Source: Candidatus Norongarragalinales archaeon (GTDB lineage Archaea; Micrarchaeota; Micrarchaeia; Norongarragalinales; Norongarragalinaceae). Taken from it: DNA of 64,000 nt. Below are positions 1 through 8,918 of this stretch, in pieces. Location of the stretch: the NCBI GenBank assembly GCA_038884755.1, contig JAWABJ010000001.1:480001-544000 (forward strand), given 5' to 3'. The number at the start of each line of letters is the position of its first letter. The first letter of the stretch is position 1. The position numbers and the translations under genes were made by a program. The notes beneath the pieces were generated by a model. It saw nothing but the letters and a program-made list of their open reading frames with translations. It was not told the origin of the DNA and made no database searches.

Positions 1-485
1 CGCGCGCGTTCCAAAGCAAACGGGTAGGTTACTATCGAAATGACGATCGCGCCTTGCTTGCGCGCCAATTCCGCGATTACAGGCGCGGCGCCGGTCCCGG
101 TTCCTCCGCCCATTCCGCAAGTCAAGAAAACCAAGTCGGCGCGGTCCATCACTTTCTCCAGCGCGTCGCGGGAAACGTCGGCGGCTTTCGCGCCGATTTC
201 CGGATACCCGCCTGCGCCCAAGCCGCGAGTGATTGAAGCGCCTATCAAAAGCTTGCGCGCGTTTTCGGTAATCATGGTCAGGTGGTTCTTGTCAGTGTTG
301 ATTGCAACTAACTCTGCGCCCTTGACTCCAGAGCGCCCCAACCGGTTGATTGAATTGCATCCCGCGCCTCCGGCGCCTATAACCATTATTTTCGGCGTTT
401 CGAAGTAATCGCCGACTTCCTTGTCCGCTTTCGCAGAGCGAGCGCTAGAACCGGTTCTCAAAGCGTCCTTGACCAAGTCTTCCAT
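1..485 (-). CDS. ftsZ: Cell division protein FtsZ, N-terminal part (continues beyond window start)
   Basis: Not in ORF track. Manual translation from ATG at 485 (GAGGTGG upstream): MEDLVKDALR...KIMVIGAGGAGCNSINRL...VAINTDKNHL...GMGGGTGTGAAPVIA, with the tubulin/FtsZ signature. Confidence 0.97.
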   Translation of the reverse strand, partial: MEDLVKDALRTGSSARSAKADKEVGDYFETPKIMVIGAGGAGCNSINRLGRSGVKGAELVAINTDKNHLTMITENARKLLIGASITRGLGAGGYPEIGAKAADVSRDALEKVMDRADLVFLTCGMGGGTGTGAAPVIAELARKQGAIVISIVTYPFALERA

Positions 486-593
486 CCATCCCACCTCGAC
501 TGAAAACGCAAAAAACGAGCGCGCCAAGCGCGTGTTTGTATTACTAGGGCGCGGATATTAAAACGTTATCTTGAGAGGTAGTTGAGAGGCGAA

Positions 594-752
594 ATGGTCA
601 GGAAAGAGTCGCTCAAAGGCAAAACGTTGTTTTACTGCGAAGAATGCGGTTTGGCTTACGAGGAAGAGGCAATTGCGGAAAAATGCCAAGCGTGGTGTTC
701 CGAGCACAAGAGCTGCAATCTCGAGATAATCAAGCACGCGGTAACACGGTAG
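594..752 (+). CDS. 52-aa Cys-rich putative Zn-binding microprotein
   Basis: Manual translation MVRKESLKGKTLFYCEECGLAYEEEAIAEKCQAWCSEHKSCNLEIIKHAVTR; GAGG upstream; below ORF-track length cutoff. Confidence 0.8.
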   Translation: MVRKESLKGKTLFYCEECGLAYEEEAIAEKCQAWCSEHKSCNLEIIKHAVTR

Positions 753-753
753 G

Positions 754-760
754 TTTAAAG
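754..760 (+). promoter_or_regulatory. TATA-box candidate for SRP RNA
   Basis: TTTAAAG about 25-30 nt before the predicted RNA 5' end. Confidence 0.55.
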
Positions 761-784
761 CCCAAAAAGCCACAATTTCTATTT

Positions 785-1063
785 GCAGTGGGATAGCCAG
801 GGGGTTAAGCATCCCTTCCTTGCGCAAGCAAGTGCGCCAATTGCTTTGAGGCGGGCGAACGCTCGAGGCGGGTTGAAGGCGGGAGTGCAAAGGCTTTGCA
901 CAGCGTCGATGCTTTGCCTCGCGTTACTTTATGCCTTGCAAATCGAGCCAGGTCGGAAGAAGCAACTCTAAGCAAAGCAGAGAGTGCTCGCGAGATCCAA
1001 GGCGGAGCCAAGGCTCAGATTCTGGCGCTTTCGCTTTCCTCTCAAACCGGGCACTCCCACTGC
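785..1063 (+). ncRNA. ffs: Archaeal signal recognition particle (7S) RNA
   Basis: Terminal helix GCAGTGGGA (785-793) / TCCCACTGC (1055-1063); helix-8 motif GAG-CCAGG-TC-GGAA-GA-AGCAA-CTC near 945-968; length about 280 nt. Confidence 0.92.
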
Positions 1064-1095
1064 GCCTGACTACGGAAAGGAGGTTGGAAACGCAT

Positions 1096-1359
1096 ATGGT
1101 CGTGCCGAAAATAATCTTGCAGCAAAAGGAGTTCCAGAGGGAGTTTTCAAAACAACTCGTGGTTTTGATTACAGGCGCGTTCGCATTCACGGCCGCGCTT
1201 TTTTGGAACACGGCGATAAAAAACACGATAACCCGATTTATTCCAACTGCTGAAAGTTGGTACTGGGAAATTTTCATCGCAGCGGTAGTTACGGCCATTG
1301 CTGTGATTGCAACTTACTTTATCTCGAAATTCGCTTCAAGGATGGAGGAAAAGAAGTGA
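1096..1359 (+). CDS. Small two-TM membrane protein (DUF5654-like)
   Basis: LITGAFAFTAALFWNTAIK...AAVVTAIAVIA pattern; start moved to ATG 1096 because upstream sequence is SRP RNA. Confidence 0.75.
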   Translation: MVVPKIILQQKEFQREFSKQLVVLITGAFAFTAALFWNTAIKNTITRFIPTAESWYWEIFIAAVVTAIAVIATYFISKFASRMEEKK

Positions 1360-1985
1360 CAGTAAAAATAGCTGTTCTCGCGTCTGGTAGAGGAAGCAAC
1401 CTGCAGGCGGTAATCGACAGCATAGAAGGCGGAAAGCTCGACGCGGAAATAGCGTGCGTGGTAAGCGACAGTGAAAACGCCAAAGCTTTAGAGCGGGCGA
1501 AAGCGCACGCAATCGAAGCGTTGTTCTTGAACCCGAAAGGAAAAGAAAAAGACGAGTATTTCGAAGGGATTTCGCGAGAGTTGGAAAAACGCGGCGTTGC
1601 ACTGGTCGTCTTGGCGGGATTCATGCGAGTTCTGCCGCCGTCATTCACTCGCAAGTTCGAAAACAAGATTATCAACATCCACCCGTCTTTGCTTCCGAGT
1701 TTTCCTGGCTTGCACGCGCAAAAACAAGCTTTGGACGCTGGAGTTAAAGTGAGCGGTTGCACCGTGCATTTCGTTACTCCCGAAGTGGACGCCGGACCGA
1801 TAATAGTTCAAAAGGCGGTTGAAGTGCGCGAGGGCGACAGCGAGGAAACTCTGAGCGCGCGCATTCTAGAGCAAGAACACAAGCTCTTGCCCAAGGCAAT
1901 CCAGTTGATTGCCGAAGGGAGGGTGAAGATTTCGGACAACAAAACGAGCGTCGATTGGAAGGGCTTTCAAGACAAGTGGAAGTGA
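1356..1985 (+). CDS. purN: Phosphoribosylglycinamide formyltransferase
   Basis: IAVLASGRGSNLQA, LAGFMRVL, INIHPSLLPSFPG, GCTVHFV..DAGPII; GTG start overlapping upstream stop. Confidence 0.97.
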   Translation: MTVKIAVLASGRGSNLQAVIDSIEGGKLDAEIACVVSDSENAKALERAKAHAIEALFLNPKGKEKDEYFEGISRELEKRGVALVVLAGFMRVLPPSFTRKFENKIINIHPSLLPSFPGLHAQKQALDAGVKVSGCTVHFVTPEVDAGPIIVQKAVEVREGDSEETLSARILEQEHKLLPKAIQLIAEGRVKISDNKTSVDWKGFQDKWK

Positions 1986-2626
1986 TGACAATCAAAAAAC
2001 TGAAAACAGGCGCTTATTCCTGCGTAATTTTGGCGATAATAATCTTGAGTGCGATAGTTTTCTTCGCCGTGAATTTTATGCAGCCAGGCTTGAAGCTGCA
2101 TGATAATGACAGGCAAAAATGGGGTTTGGGGGCGTCGAATCTTTATCCGGGGCTTATAACACACGCTTTCATTCACGAGAATGCCGAACACCTCGGCACC
2201 AATGCGGTATTTGGCGCATTTCTGATAATTTTGTTTTTATCCTACGAAAAAAAAATATCCTCAACTAGCTACGAAAAGAACTCTCGTACTTCTCATAGGT
2301 TTAACTTTAATCATAGAAACAATCGGAAGCCTACTAATGCCTTGGCCCAGGTGGGTTGGAAGTTCGATAATACTCTCCGCCTTTTCCGCCTTTCCTTTAT
2401 TCTCGCTTATTCTTCTCGGAGACTACAAGAAAGACCGGGAAGCCATGCTGCTTCTAGTCTTGTTTGCACTCACCATATTATTGTTTTTGCTCTTACCATG
2501 ATTTTAATTTATTTCGGTATCGATATAAGTGAACAGATGCGGATAAGTAATTTTGCACACGCACTCGGAATTTTTGCGGGGATTGTTACGGCAGTGATAG
2601 GTAAAGCGGGAGTAAAGAGAAAATAA
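1985..2626 (+). pseudogene. Rhomboid-family intramembrane protease with two compensating frameshifts (pseudogene or sequence error)
   Basis: HAFIH..HLGTN and NFAHALGIFAG are in the ORF frame; hydrophobic helices and the catalytic WVGSS motif lie in the +1 frame between 2256 and about 2480. Confidence 0.75.
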
Positions 2627-2628
2627 CC

Positions 2629-3483
2629 ATGACAGCAAAAATTCTCGACGGAAAGAAAATCGCCGATGAAATAAAGCGGAAAATCGCTAGTGAAATTTCG
2701 GGCTGGAAGAAAAAACCCGGGCTTGCGACAGTATTAGTAGGCGACAACCCCGCTTCGAAAGTTTACGTTTCGCGAAAGAACGTGGCGTGCAAGCAATACG
2801 GCTTTTACTCGCGTGAAGAGCATTTGCCCGAAAACGCTTTGCAAGCAGAGCTGCTCAAGCTGGTCGGGGAACTAAACCGAGATGATAAAATCCACGGGAT
2901 TCTCGTGCAATTGCCTTTACCCCGCCGCATGGACGAAAACGCAGTGTTGAGCGCGATTTCGCCTGAAAAAGACGTTGACGGCTTTCACCCATTGAATCTC
3001 GGGCGGTTGTTGCAAGGCAACCCGAATTTCGTTCCTTGCACTCCACGGGGAATAATGCATTTGATTAAATCGACTGGAGAAAAGCTGGAGGGAAAGCACG
3101 CGGTCGTCATAGGACGAAGCAACATCGTAGGCAAGCCTACCGCCATGCTATTGCTGCAGGAAAACTGCACGGTCGCCATATGCCACTCGCGCACGAAAAA
3201 CTTGGCCGAAGAGGTAAAGCGCGCGGACATCGTCGTCGCCGCGGCGGGCAAGCCCAAGCTCGTTACGAGAGAAATGGTCAAGCAAGGCGCAATAGTCATA
3301 GACGTGGGCATCAACCGCATGCCTGAGGGAAAGATAATTGGCGACGTGGATTTCGAGGGAGTGAAGGAAAAAGCGGGTTGGATTACTCCCGTGCCTGGAG
3401 GCGTGGGTCCCATGACCATCGCAATGCTTTTGCAAAACACTTTCGAAGCCGCGAAGAAAATCGAGGGGGGTCCTGTAGAGTGA
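2629..3483 (+). CDS. folD: Methylenetetrahydrofolate dehydrogenase/cyclohydrolase
   Basis: GILVQLPLP, KDVDGFHP, PCTPRG, GRSNIVGKP, TPVPGGVGPMT. Confidence 0.98.
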   Translation: MTAKILDGKKIADEIKRKIASEISGWKKKPGLATVLVGDNPASKVYVSRKNVACKQYGFYSREEHLPENALQAELLKLVGELNRDDKIHGILVQLPLPRRMDENAVLSAISPEKDVDGFHPLNLGRLLQGNPNFVPCTPRGIMHLIKSTGEKLEGKHAVVIGRSNIVGKPTAMLLLQENCTVAICHSRTKNLAEEVKRADIVVAAAGKPKLVTREMVKQGAIVIDVGINRMPEGKIIGDVDFEGVKEKAGWITPVPGGVGPMTIAMLLQNTFEAAKKIEGGPVE

Positions 3484-4331
3484 AAAAAACACTCGTCGCT
3501 TTTACTATCGACGTGGACAGGGACGCGGCTGATTTCATTAAGGGAATAGAACAAGGTGGCACGCGGACTGCGAAAGGCGTGTCGGAGAAAGCTTCTTTTG
3601 ACGCAAGCGCGGCCGGGTTCGCTGAAATCCTGCTTGTTTTGGACGGACTTGGGATTCCGGCAACTTTCTTCCTTGAAGGGAACGCCGCTTTGGAGCTTGA
3701 AAATAAGATTGGAAGGAAGCTGCTGCACGCCATGGCTAAAAAGCACGAGGTCGGCTCGCACGGCAACGCCCACGAAGACTATACGGGCGAGGGCACTGGC
3801 GTGAAAATGAGCCGCGAGGATATAGAAAAGTCGATTGAACAGAGCTCGAAATCCATCCGAAGGGTTTTCTCGATACGCCCTCAGGGGTTCCGGGCACCGT
3901 ACTTGCACTACGACGAAGCGCTCGACACGATAATACGCAGGAGTTTCGATTACGACTCTTCGCTTTACGGAAAAAAAGTTTCTTGCGAAAGGGGCTTCTG
4001 CAGGGTGCCGGTTTTCGAGGACGTAGACGCGAAGGGAAAGCGGATTACCGGGTATTTGTGGCCGTTGATGGAAGGAAAGCGCACTGTGCAAGACTACCTT
4101 GCGCTAGTGGACAAGGCTTTGAAGCAGGAGGTTGAATTGATAGTCTTGGCGACCCATTCGTGGCACCACCGTTATTCTTTCGGCAAAGGAAGGGCAAAAA
4201 CAAAATCGCGGGCAGAGGCGGATTTGAGGAAAATCGCGCTTGTCCTGAAAAAAATAAAGTCCAACCCCAAAGTTGAATTCTCCACGTTGAGTGCCGCTTT
4301 AAAGCAATTGAACGAAAAGAAAGGGCTTTAA
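3480..4331 (+). CDS. Polysaccharide deacetylase (CE4/NodB) family protein
   Basis: FTIDVD, ATFFLEG, HEVGSHGNAH, GFRAPY, YDSS, ATHSW; GTG start overlaps folD stop. Confidence 0.88.
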   Translation: MKKTLVAFTIDVDRDAADFIKGIEQGGTRTAKGVSEKASFDASAAGFAEILLVLDGLGIPATFFLEGNAALELENKIGRKLLHAMAKKHEVGSHGNAHEDYTGEGTGVKMSREDIEKSIEQSSKSIRRVFSIRPQGFRAPYLHYDEALDTIIRRSFDYDSSLYGKKVSCERGFCRVPVFEDVDAKGKRITGYLWPLMEGKRTVQDYLALVDKALKQEVELIVLATHSWHHRYSFGKGRAKTKSRAEADLRKIALVLKKIKSNPKVEFSTLSAALKQLNEKKGL

Positions 4332-4376
4332 ATTCCGCCGTCCATTTTGTATTTCAACTGCTTTTGGTGGGGTTGG

Positions 4377-5792
4377 GTGGAGCAGGGCCGCAATTTCGAG
4401 TCTCCTTTTTCTTGGCGGTACGGCTCCATACAAATGCGGACTGTTTTTTCGGAAAAACAAGCTCGATTGAACTGGCGTAAAATCTGGGTTGCCCTAGCGT
4501 ACGCCCAGAACAAGCTCGGGCTGGTTTCCTCGCAGGAACTCAAAGACATTATTGCCCACTCACAAAACGTCGACATAGCCAAAAGCTTGGAAATAGAAAA
4601 GCAAACCAAGCACGACGTGGTTGCCGAAATCAAGCTCTATTCTTCGCAATGCAAGACAGGCGGGGGGAAAATCCATTTGGGAGCTACGAGCATGGACATA
4701 GTAGACAACGCCGAAGCGCTTGCCATGAAGCAGGGACTGCAATTGCTTTGCGAAAAAACCGCGTTGCTGCTGAAGGAACTAAAGCAGAAAATCGAGGAGA
4801 ACAGTAACACGGCGTGCATGGCTTACACGCACTTGCAGCTTGCAGAGCCCACCACGCTCGGATACCGCTTTGCCTCCTACGCCCAGGATTTTCTGGAAGA
4901 CTTGGGTTCGCTTGAATGGGTCCGCGACAGCGTTCGCGGGAAGGGGTTCAAGGGGGCGGTTGGAAACAGCGCTTCTTACGTCCAACTTCTTGGGAAAGAA
5001 AAGGCAATGCAAATGGAAGGCATTGCAATGAAACGCTTGGGGTTGGAAGCTTACGAAATAACAACTCAAACTTACCCCAGAAAGCAGGATTATTTCGTGT
5101 TAAGCAAACTTGCTTCGCTCGCGCAGTCGCTGCACAAGATGGCTTTTGACTTGCGCTTGATGCAAAACAAGGAGGTAAACGAGCCTTTCGGCGAAAAGCA
5201 GGTCGGGTCGAGCGCAATGCCGTTCAAGCGCAATCCGATGAAGACTGAAAGGATTTGCTCGCTCGCGCGGCTCGTGCCGGCGTACGCGCAAGTCGCTTGG
5301 GAGAACGCTTCGCTTTCCGCTTTGGAAAGGACTCTCGACGATTCTGCCAACCGCAGGGCCTTCGTTCCCGAAGCTTTCCTGGCGCTGGACGAATGCCTGA
5401 TTCAAAGCATCAAGGTAATCGAAGGGTTGCGAATTAATCGCGCTTACATCAACAAGACGATAGAACAATTCGGGCCTTTCGCTGCGACAGAAAAGGTTAT
5501 GGCTGAAATGGCCAAACGGGGTTTCGACAGGCAAGAAGCGCATGAAATCCTGCGCGAACACTCTTTGAAAGCCTGGGATGCAGTGCAGGAAGGCAAGCCC
5601 AACCCCTTGTTCAGCCTGGTCGCAAGCGATTCTCGCATAACGAAGCTTATCGCAAGAAAGGAATTGGAAAAGCAATTCGACATTACAGCGCATGTAGGCC
5701 TAGCGGCTGAAAAAAGCGCGAAAATTGCAAAGGAAATTTCCGAAGCGACTTCCGGATACAAATCTTCAGGCGTAAGCGAACAAGGCTTTTGA
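4377..5792 (+). CDS. purB: Adenylosuccinate lyase
   Basis: IHLGATS, YTHLQLAEPTTLG, GSSAMPFKRNP, ERTLDDSANRR. Confidence 0.96.
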   Translation: MEQGRNFESPFSWRYGSIQMRTVFSEKQARLNWRKIWVALAYAQNKLGLVSSQELKDIIAHSQNVDIAKSLEIEKQTKHDVVAEIKLYSSQCKTGGGKIHLGATSMDIVDNAEALAMKQGLQLLCEKTALLLKELKQKIEENSNTACMAYTHLQLAEPTTLGYRFASYAQDFLEDLGSLEWVRDSVRGKGFKGAVGNSASYVQLLGKEKAMQMEGIAMKRLGLEAYEITTQTYPRKQDYFVLSKLASLAQSLHKMAFDLRLMQNKEVNEPFGEKQVGSSAMPFKRNPMKTERICSLARLVPAYAQVAWENASLSALERTLDDSANRRAFVPEAFLALDECLIQSIKVIEGLRINRAYINKTIEQFGPFAATEKVMAEMAKRGFDRQEAHEILREHSLKAWDAVQEGKPNPLFSLVASDSRITKLIARKELEKQFDITAHVGLAAEKSAKIAKEISEATSGYKSSGVSEQGF

Positions 5793-5805
5793 TCGGGGTA
5801 TCGAG

Positions 5806-7107
5806 ATGATAAGAGTAATTCTCGGCGGGCAGTGGGGGGATGAGGGGAAAGGAAAAGTTATTGATTATCTCGCATCCCAAGCGCACCTCGTCGCGCGCTT
5901 TCAAGGCGGAAGCAACGCCGGGCATACGGTAGTGCACGACGGGAAGACTTACAAGTTCCACTTGCTTCCTTCGGGAGTGGTGCAGAAAAAACGGAGTTTG
6001 ATAGGCGCGGGCGTGGTTCTCGACCCGCGCGTGCTAATACAAGAAATAAACGAGTTTGGCGGACTGAGCGAAAAGGAATTGGGCATCGACTTCCGAACTC
6101 CAATAATAATGCCGTGGCACGGGCTTTTGGATATTGCCCGCGAAGGCTTGAAGAAAGAAAAAATCGGGACTACCGGCAGGGGTATTGGACCTGCTTACGA
6201 AGAACGCGCTAAGCGCGACGGAATACGCTTTTGCGACTTGGTCGACGAAAGAAAGTTAAAGGAAAAGCTTTCCGAAATCTATCCGTTGCGAAAGAAAAAC
6301 TTGCAAAAGGTTTACGAAGTCGAAGTTCCGGAAGAGCAAAGCATTTTCCTGCAGTACGCGAACATTGGAAAGGAATTGAAGAAATACGCGACAGACGTTT
6401 CGCTTGAGGTTAACAAAGCGTGCGACGAAGGGAAAAGCGTTTTGCTCGAAGGAGCTCAAGGCGTTTTGCTTGACTTGAGCTTTGGGACTTACCCGTTCGT
6501 AACATCTTCACAGCCGATTGCCGGAGGGGCGTGCACTGGCATAGGATTGAGTCCAAAGAAAATCGGCGAAATCGAGGGAGTTATCAAGGCATATACTACG
6601 CGCGTGGGCGGAGGACCGTTTCCCACCGAACTTCTCGGCGAAGAAGAGGAACTCGGAAGCAAAATTCGCGACAAGGGAAACGAGTACGGAACCACGACCG
6701 GGCGCAAGCGAAGGATAGGGTGGCTGGACTTGCCTTTGCTTCGCTATGCGCATAGGTTGAACGGCTTTACCGGCTTTCACTATACGAAGCTCGACGTTTT
6801 GGGGGGGGTGGAAAAGCTCAAGGTTGCGATAGCACACGAGTTTCGAGGCGAGAAGTTCGAAACGCCTTCGACAGAATCCGAGTTTTTGGAAGAGTGGAAG
6901 CCCGCTTACAAGACGCTGGACGGTTTTGAAGAGCTTTCGCGCGAAGAATGGCGGGAGGTCGTTAAGGAAAGCAAGGAAAAAGGGTTGAAAGCGTTGCCGA
7001 AAAACGCGTTCGAATACATCAAGTTCATCGAGGGGGAACTCAAGATTCCTACGAAAACCGTTTCCCTCGGGCCATCAAGGGAAGAAACGATTTTCATCAC
7101 TCACTAG
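5806..7107 (+). CDS. purA: Adenylosuccinate synthetase
   Basis: QWGDEGKGK, GGSNAGHT, IGTTGRGIGPAY, EYGTTTGRKRRIGW. Confidence 0.98.
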   Translation: MIRVILGGQWGDEGKGKVIDYLASQAHLVARFQGGSNAGHTVVHDGKTYKFHLLPSGVVQKKRSLIGAGVVLDPRVLIQEINEFGGLSEKELGIDFRTPIIMPWHGLLDIAREGLKKEKIGTTGRGIGPAYEERAKRDGIRFCDLVDERKLKEKLSEIYPLRKKNLQKVYEVEVPEEQSIFLQYANIGKELKKYATDVSLEVNKACDEGKSVLLEGAQGVLLDLSFGTYPFVTSSQPIAGGACTGIGLSPKKIGEIEGVIKAYTTRVGGGPFPTELLGEEEELGSKIRDKGNEYGTTTGRKRRIGWLDLPLLRYAHRLNGFTGFHYTKLDVLGGVEKLKVAIAHEFRGEKFETPSTESEFLEEWKPAYKTLDGFEELSREEWREVVKESKEKGLKALPKNAFEYIKFIEGELKIPTKTVSLGPSREETIFITH

Positions 7108-7120
7108 AGGTGCAAAAAAA

Positions 7121-8026
7121 ATGGATTTCATTCACGCAGGAAAAGTCAAAAACGTTTTCGCAGTAAGCGACAGCGAATTGGAATTCGAGTTTTCCAACCG
7201 CGTTTCGGTTTTCGACAAAATCATTCCTTCCGACATTCCGTTCAAGGGCGAAACGCTGTGCCGCACTAGCGCTTATTGGTTTAAAATATGCAACGCGAAG
7301 GGAATCAAGACGCATTTCCTTTCCATGCCTTCTCCCGACAAAATGCGCGTAAAGCGAGTGCAAGTCATTCACGATTACTCTAAGATAAGCCAAAACACGA
7401 GAAATTACCTGATTCCTTTGGAGGTTATCGTGCGTTATTTTGCTTACGGCTCTCTTTACGACAGGATTTTGGACGGGAAAGTAAAGTCAGAACAGCTTGG
7501 ATTTCCTTCGGGCCACCAGGTCAAGAAGGGAGAAGCGTTGCCTTCGCCGTTTTTCGAGGTTACGACGAAGCTTGAAAAGACCGACAGGCCTTTGGACAAG
7601 GAAGAAGCAGTGCGCATAGCAGGGCTTTCTCCGCAAGAGTTCAAGGAGCTCGAGGAAACGACCTTGAAAATTGACGAGGAAATCAACTCGCGCGTGAAAC
7701 AGCGGGGGTTGATTCACGTTGACGGGAAGAAGGAGTTCGCTTTCGACCAGGACAGGGCGTTGATGGTTGTCGACACGTTCGGAACTGCTGATGAAGACAG
7801 GTTTTGGGACTTGGCGGAATTCGAGAAAGGCAATTACGTGGAGAAAAGCAAGGAGTTCGTCCGAAAGCATTACCGCGACACTGGCTACCACGAAGCGTTG
7901 TATTCGGCAAGAAAGGAGGGCAAGCCAGAGCCGGACATTCCGCCCCTGCCTCAAGACATTATAGACAAGACGAGCAAGACGTACGTGGAATTGTTCGAGC
8001 AATTGACTGGAGAAAAGTTCAGGTGA
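7121..8026 (+). CDS. purC: SAICAR synthetase
   Basis: GKVKNVF, RVSVFD, IPLEVIVR, VDGKKEF, GTADEDRFW, SKEFVR. Confidence 0.95.
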   Translation: MDFIHAGKVKNVFAVSDSELEFEFSNRVSVFDKIIPSDIPFKGETLCRTSAYWFKICNAKGIKTHFLSMPSPDKMRVKRVQVIHDYSKISQNTRNYLIPLEVIVRYFAYGSLYDRILDGKVKSEQLGFPSGHQVKKGEALPSPFFEVTTKLEKTDRPLDKEEAVRIAGLSPQEFKELEETTLKIDEEINSRVKQRGLIHVDGKKEFAFDQDRALMVVDTFGTADEDRFWDLAEFEKGNYVEKSKEFVRKHYRDTGYHEALYSARKEGKPEPDIPPLPQDIIDKTSKTYVELFEQLTGEKFR

Positions 8027-8038
8027 GGTGCGAAAAAA

Positions 8039-8497
8039 ATGAAAAACCGCGTTTACATTTTGATGGGCTCTAAGAGCGATTTGCCGAACGCTGAAAAGGT
8101 AGGCGAAACTCTCAAGGAATTCGGGGTTGAATACGACATTCGAGTGGCTTCTGCCCACCGCACTCCAGCTAAAGTTATGGGCATAGTGGAAGAAGTGGAT
8201 AACGAGGCGGTAGTGCTCGTGGGAGTGGTGGGGTTGAGCAACGCGTTAAGCGGAATGCTAGCTGGCATATCGACGCTTCCGGTTATCACTTTGCCCACAA
8301 CGCCGGAAGACGTTATGGCTTCGCTGCGAATGCCGCCGGGAGTGGCGCACGCGACAGTCCTCGACCCCAAGAATGCTGCGTTAATGGCTGTAAAGATTCT
8401 CGCGCTTCAAGACGCTTCGCTGAAAAAGAAAGTGCGAGAGTTTTTGAGCGCGCAACAAGAACGAATAGAAAAATCCGACGCCGAAGTGAGGAGATAA
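8039..8497 (+). CDS. purE: AIR carboxylase PurE, class II-like
   Basis: ILMGSKSD, VASAHRTP, GLSNALSG, SLRMPPG, KNAAL. Confidence 0.93.
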   Translation: MKNRVYILMGSKSDLPNAEKVGETLKEFGVEYDIRVASAHRTPAKVMGIVEEVDNEAVVLVGVVGLSNALSGMLAGISTLPVITLPTTPEDVMASLRMPPGVAHATVLDPKNAALMAVKILALQDASLKKKVREFLSAQQERIEKSDAEVRR

Positions 8498-8501
8498 ACA
8501 A

Positions 8502-8907
8502 ATGTATCCAATTCGCGAACCAAGAATTCGCTCTATCTCAGAATTATTGGGGTATGACGACAATAAAGATTCAAAGCGCACGCTAACAATCAATGAGAAA
8601 AAAATAGTGTACAGCCGCGATAAGGGCAGGTGCAGAGTATGTGATCAAAAAATACCCCTTTGAACAAGCGCAATTCGGGCACGACAAAGCCCACTCTAGA
8701 GGTGGAAGAACTACAGTAAAAAATGCACTAACGCTTCATCCTCATTGCAATACTCTGATGCGAACAAAAAGTTTAGCAAGAATAAGATCTGAACTTGGAA
8801 AAACGGTTAAAAAAGAACGTAAAAAGAAAAGAAAATCTAGAAGTCCATCTCTGTATTCATATCAAGATTTTGGCATCCCAAGAATAAAAATTCCTAAACT
8901 TTACTGA
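8502..8907 (+). pseudogene. HNH endonuclease gene split by a +1 frameshift at about 8655-8663
   Basis: ORF 8502-8663 ends ...YSRDKGRCRVCDQKIPL*; the +1 frame continues FEQAQFGHDKAHSRGGRTTVKNALTLHPHCN; joined, this is a CxxC-HNH domain. Confidence 0.8.
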
Positions 8908-8918
8908 GTGAATCGAAT

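Noticed and set aside
40..408. 122-aa plus-strand ORF
   Set aside because: Antisense shadow of ftsZ
783..1095. ORFs 783-971, 805-1011 and the 5' extension of 931-1359
   Set aside because: They overlap the SRP RNA and show no protein motifs
2985..4091. Long antisense ORFs (also 24816-25844, 43312-44421, 44779-45780)
   Set aside because: Shadows of well-supported genes on the opposite strand
3480..4331. PuuE-type allantoinase suggested by position in the purine cluster
   Set aside because: Keeps the ordinary CE4 Asp-His-His metal motif (DVD, HGNAH); nothing beyond position links it to purines
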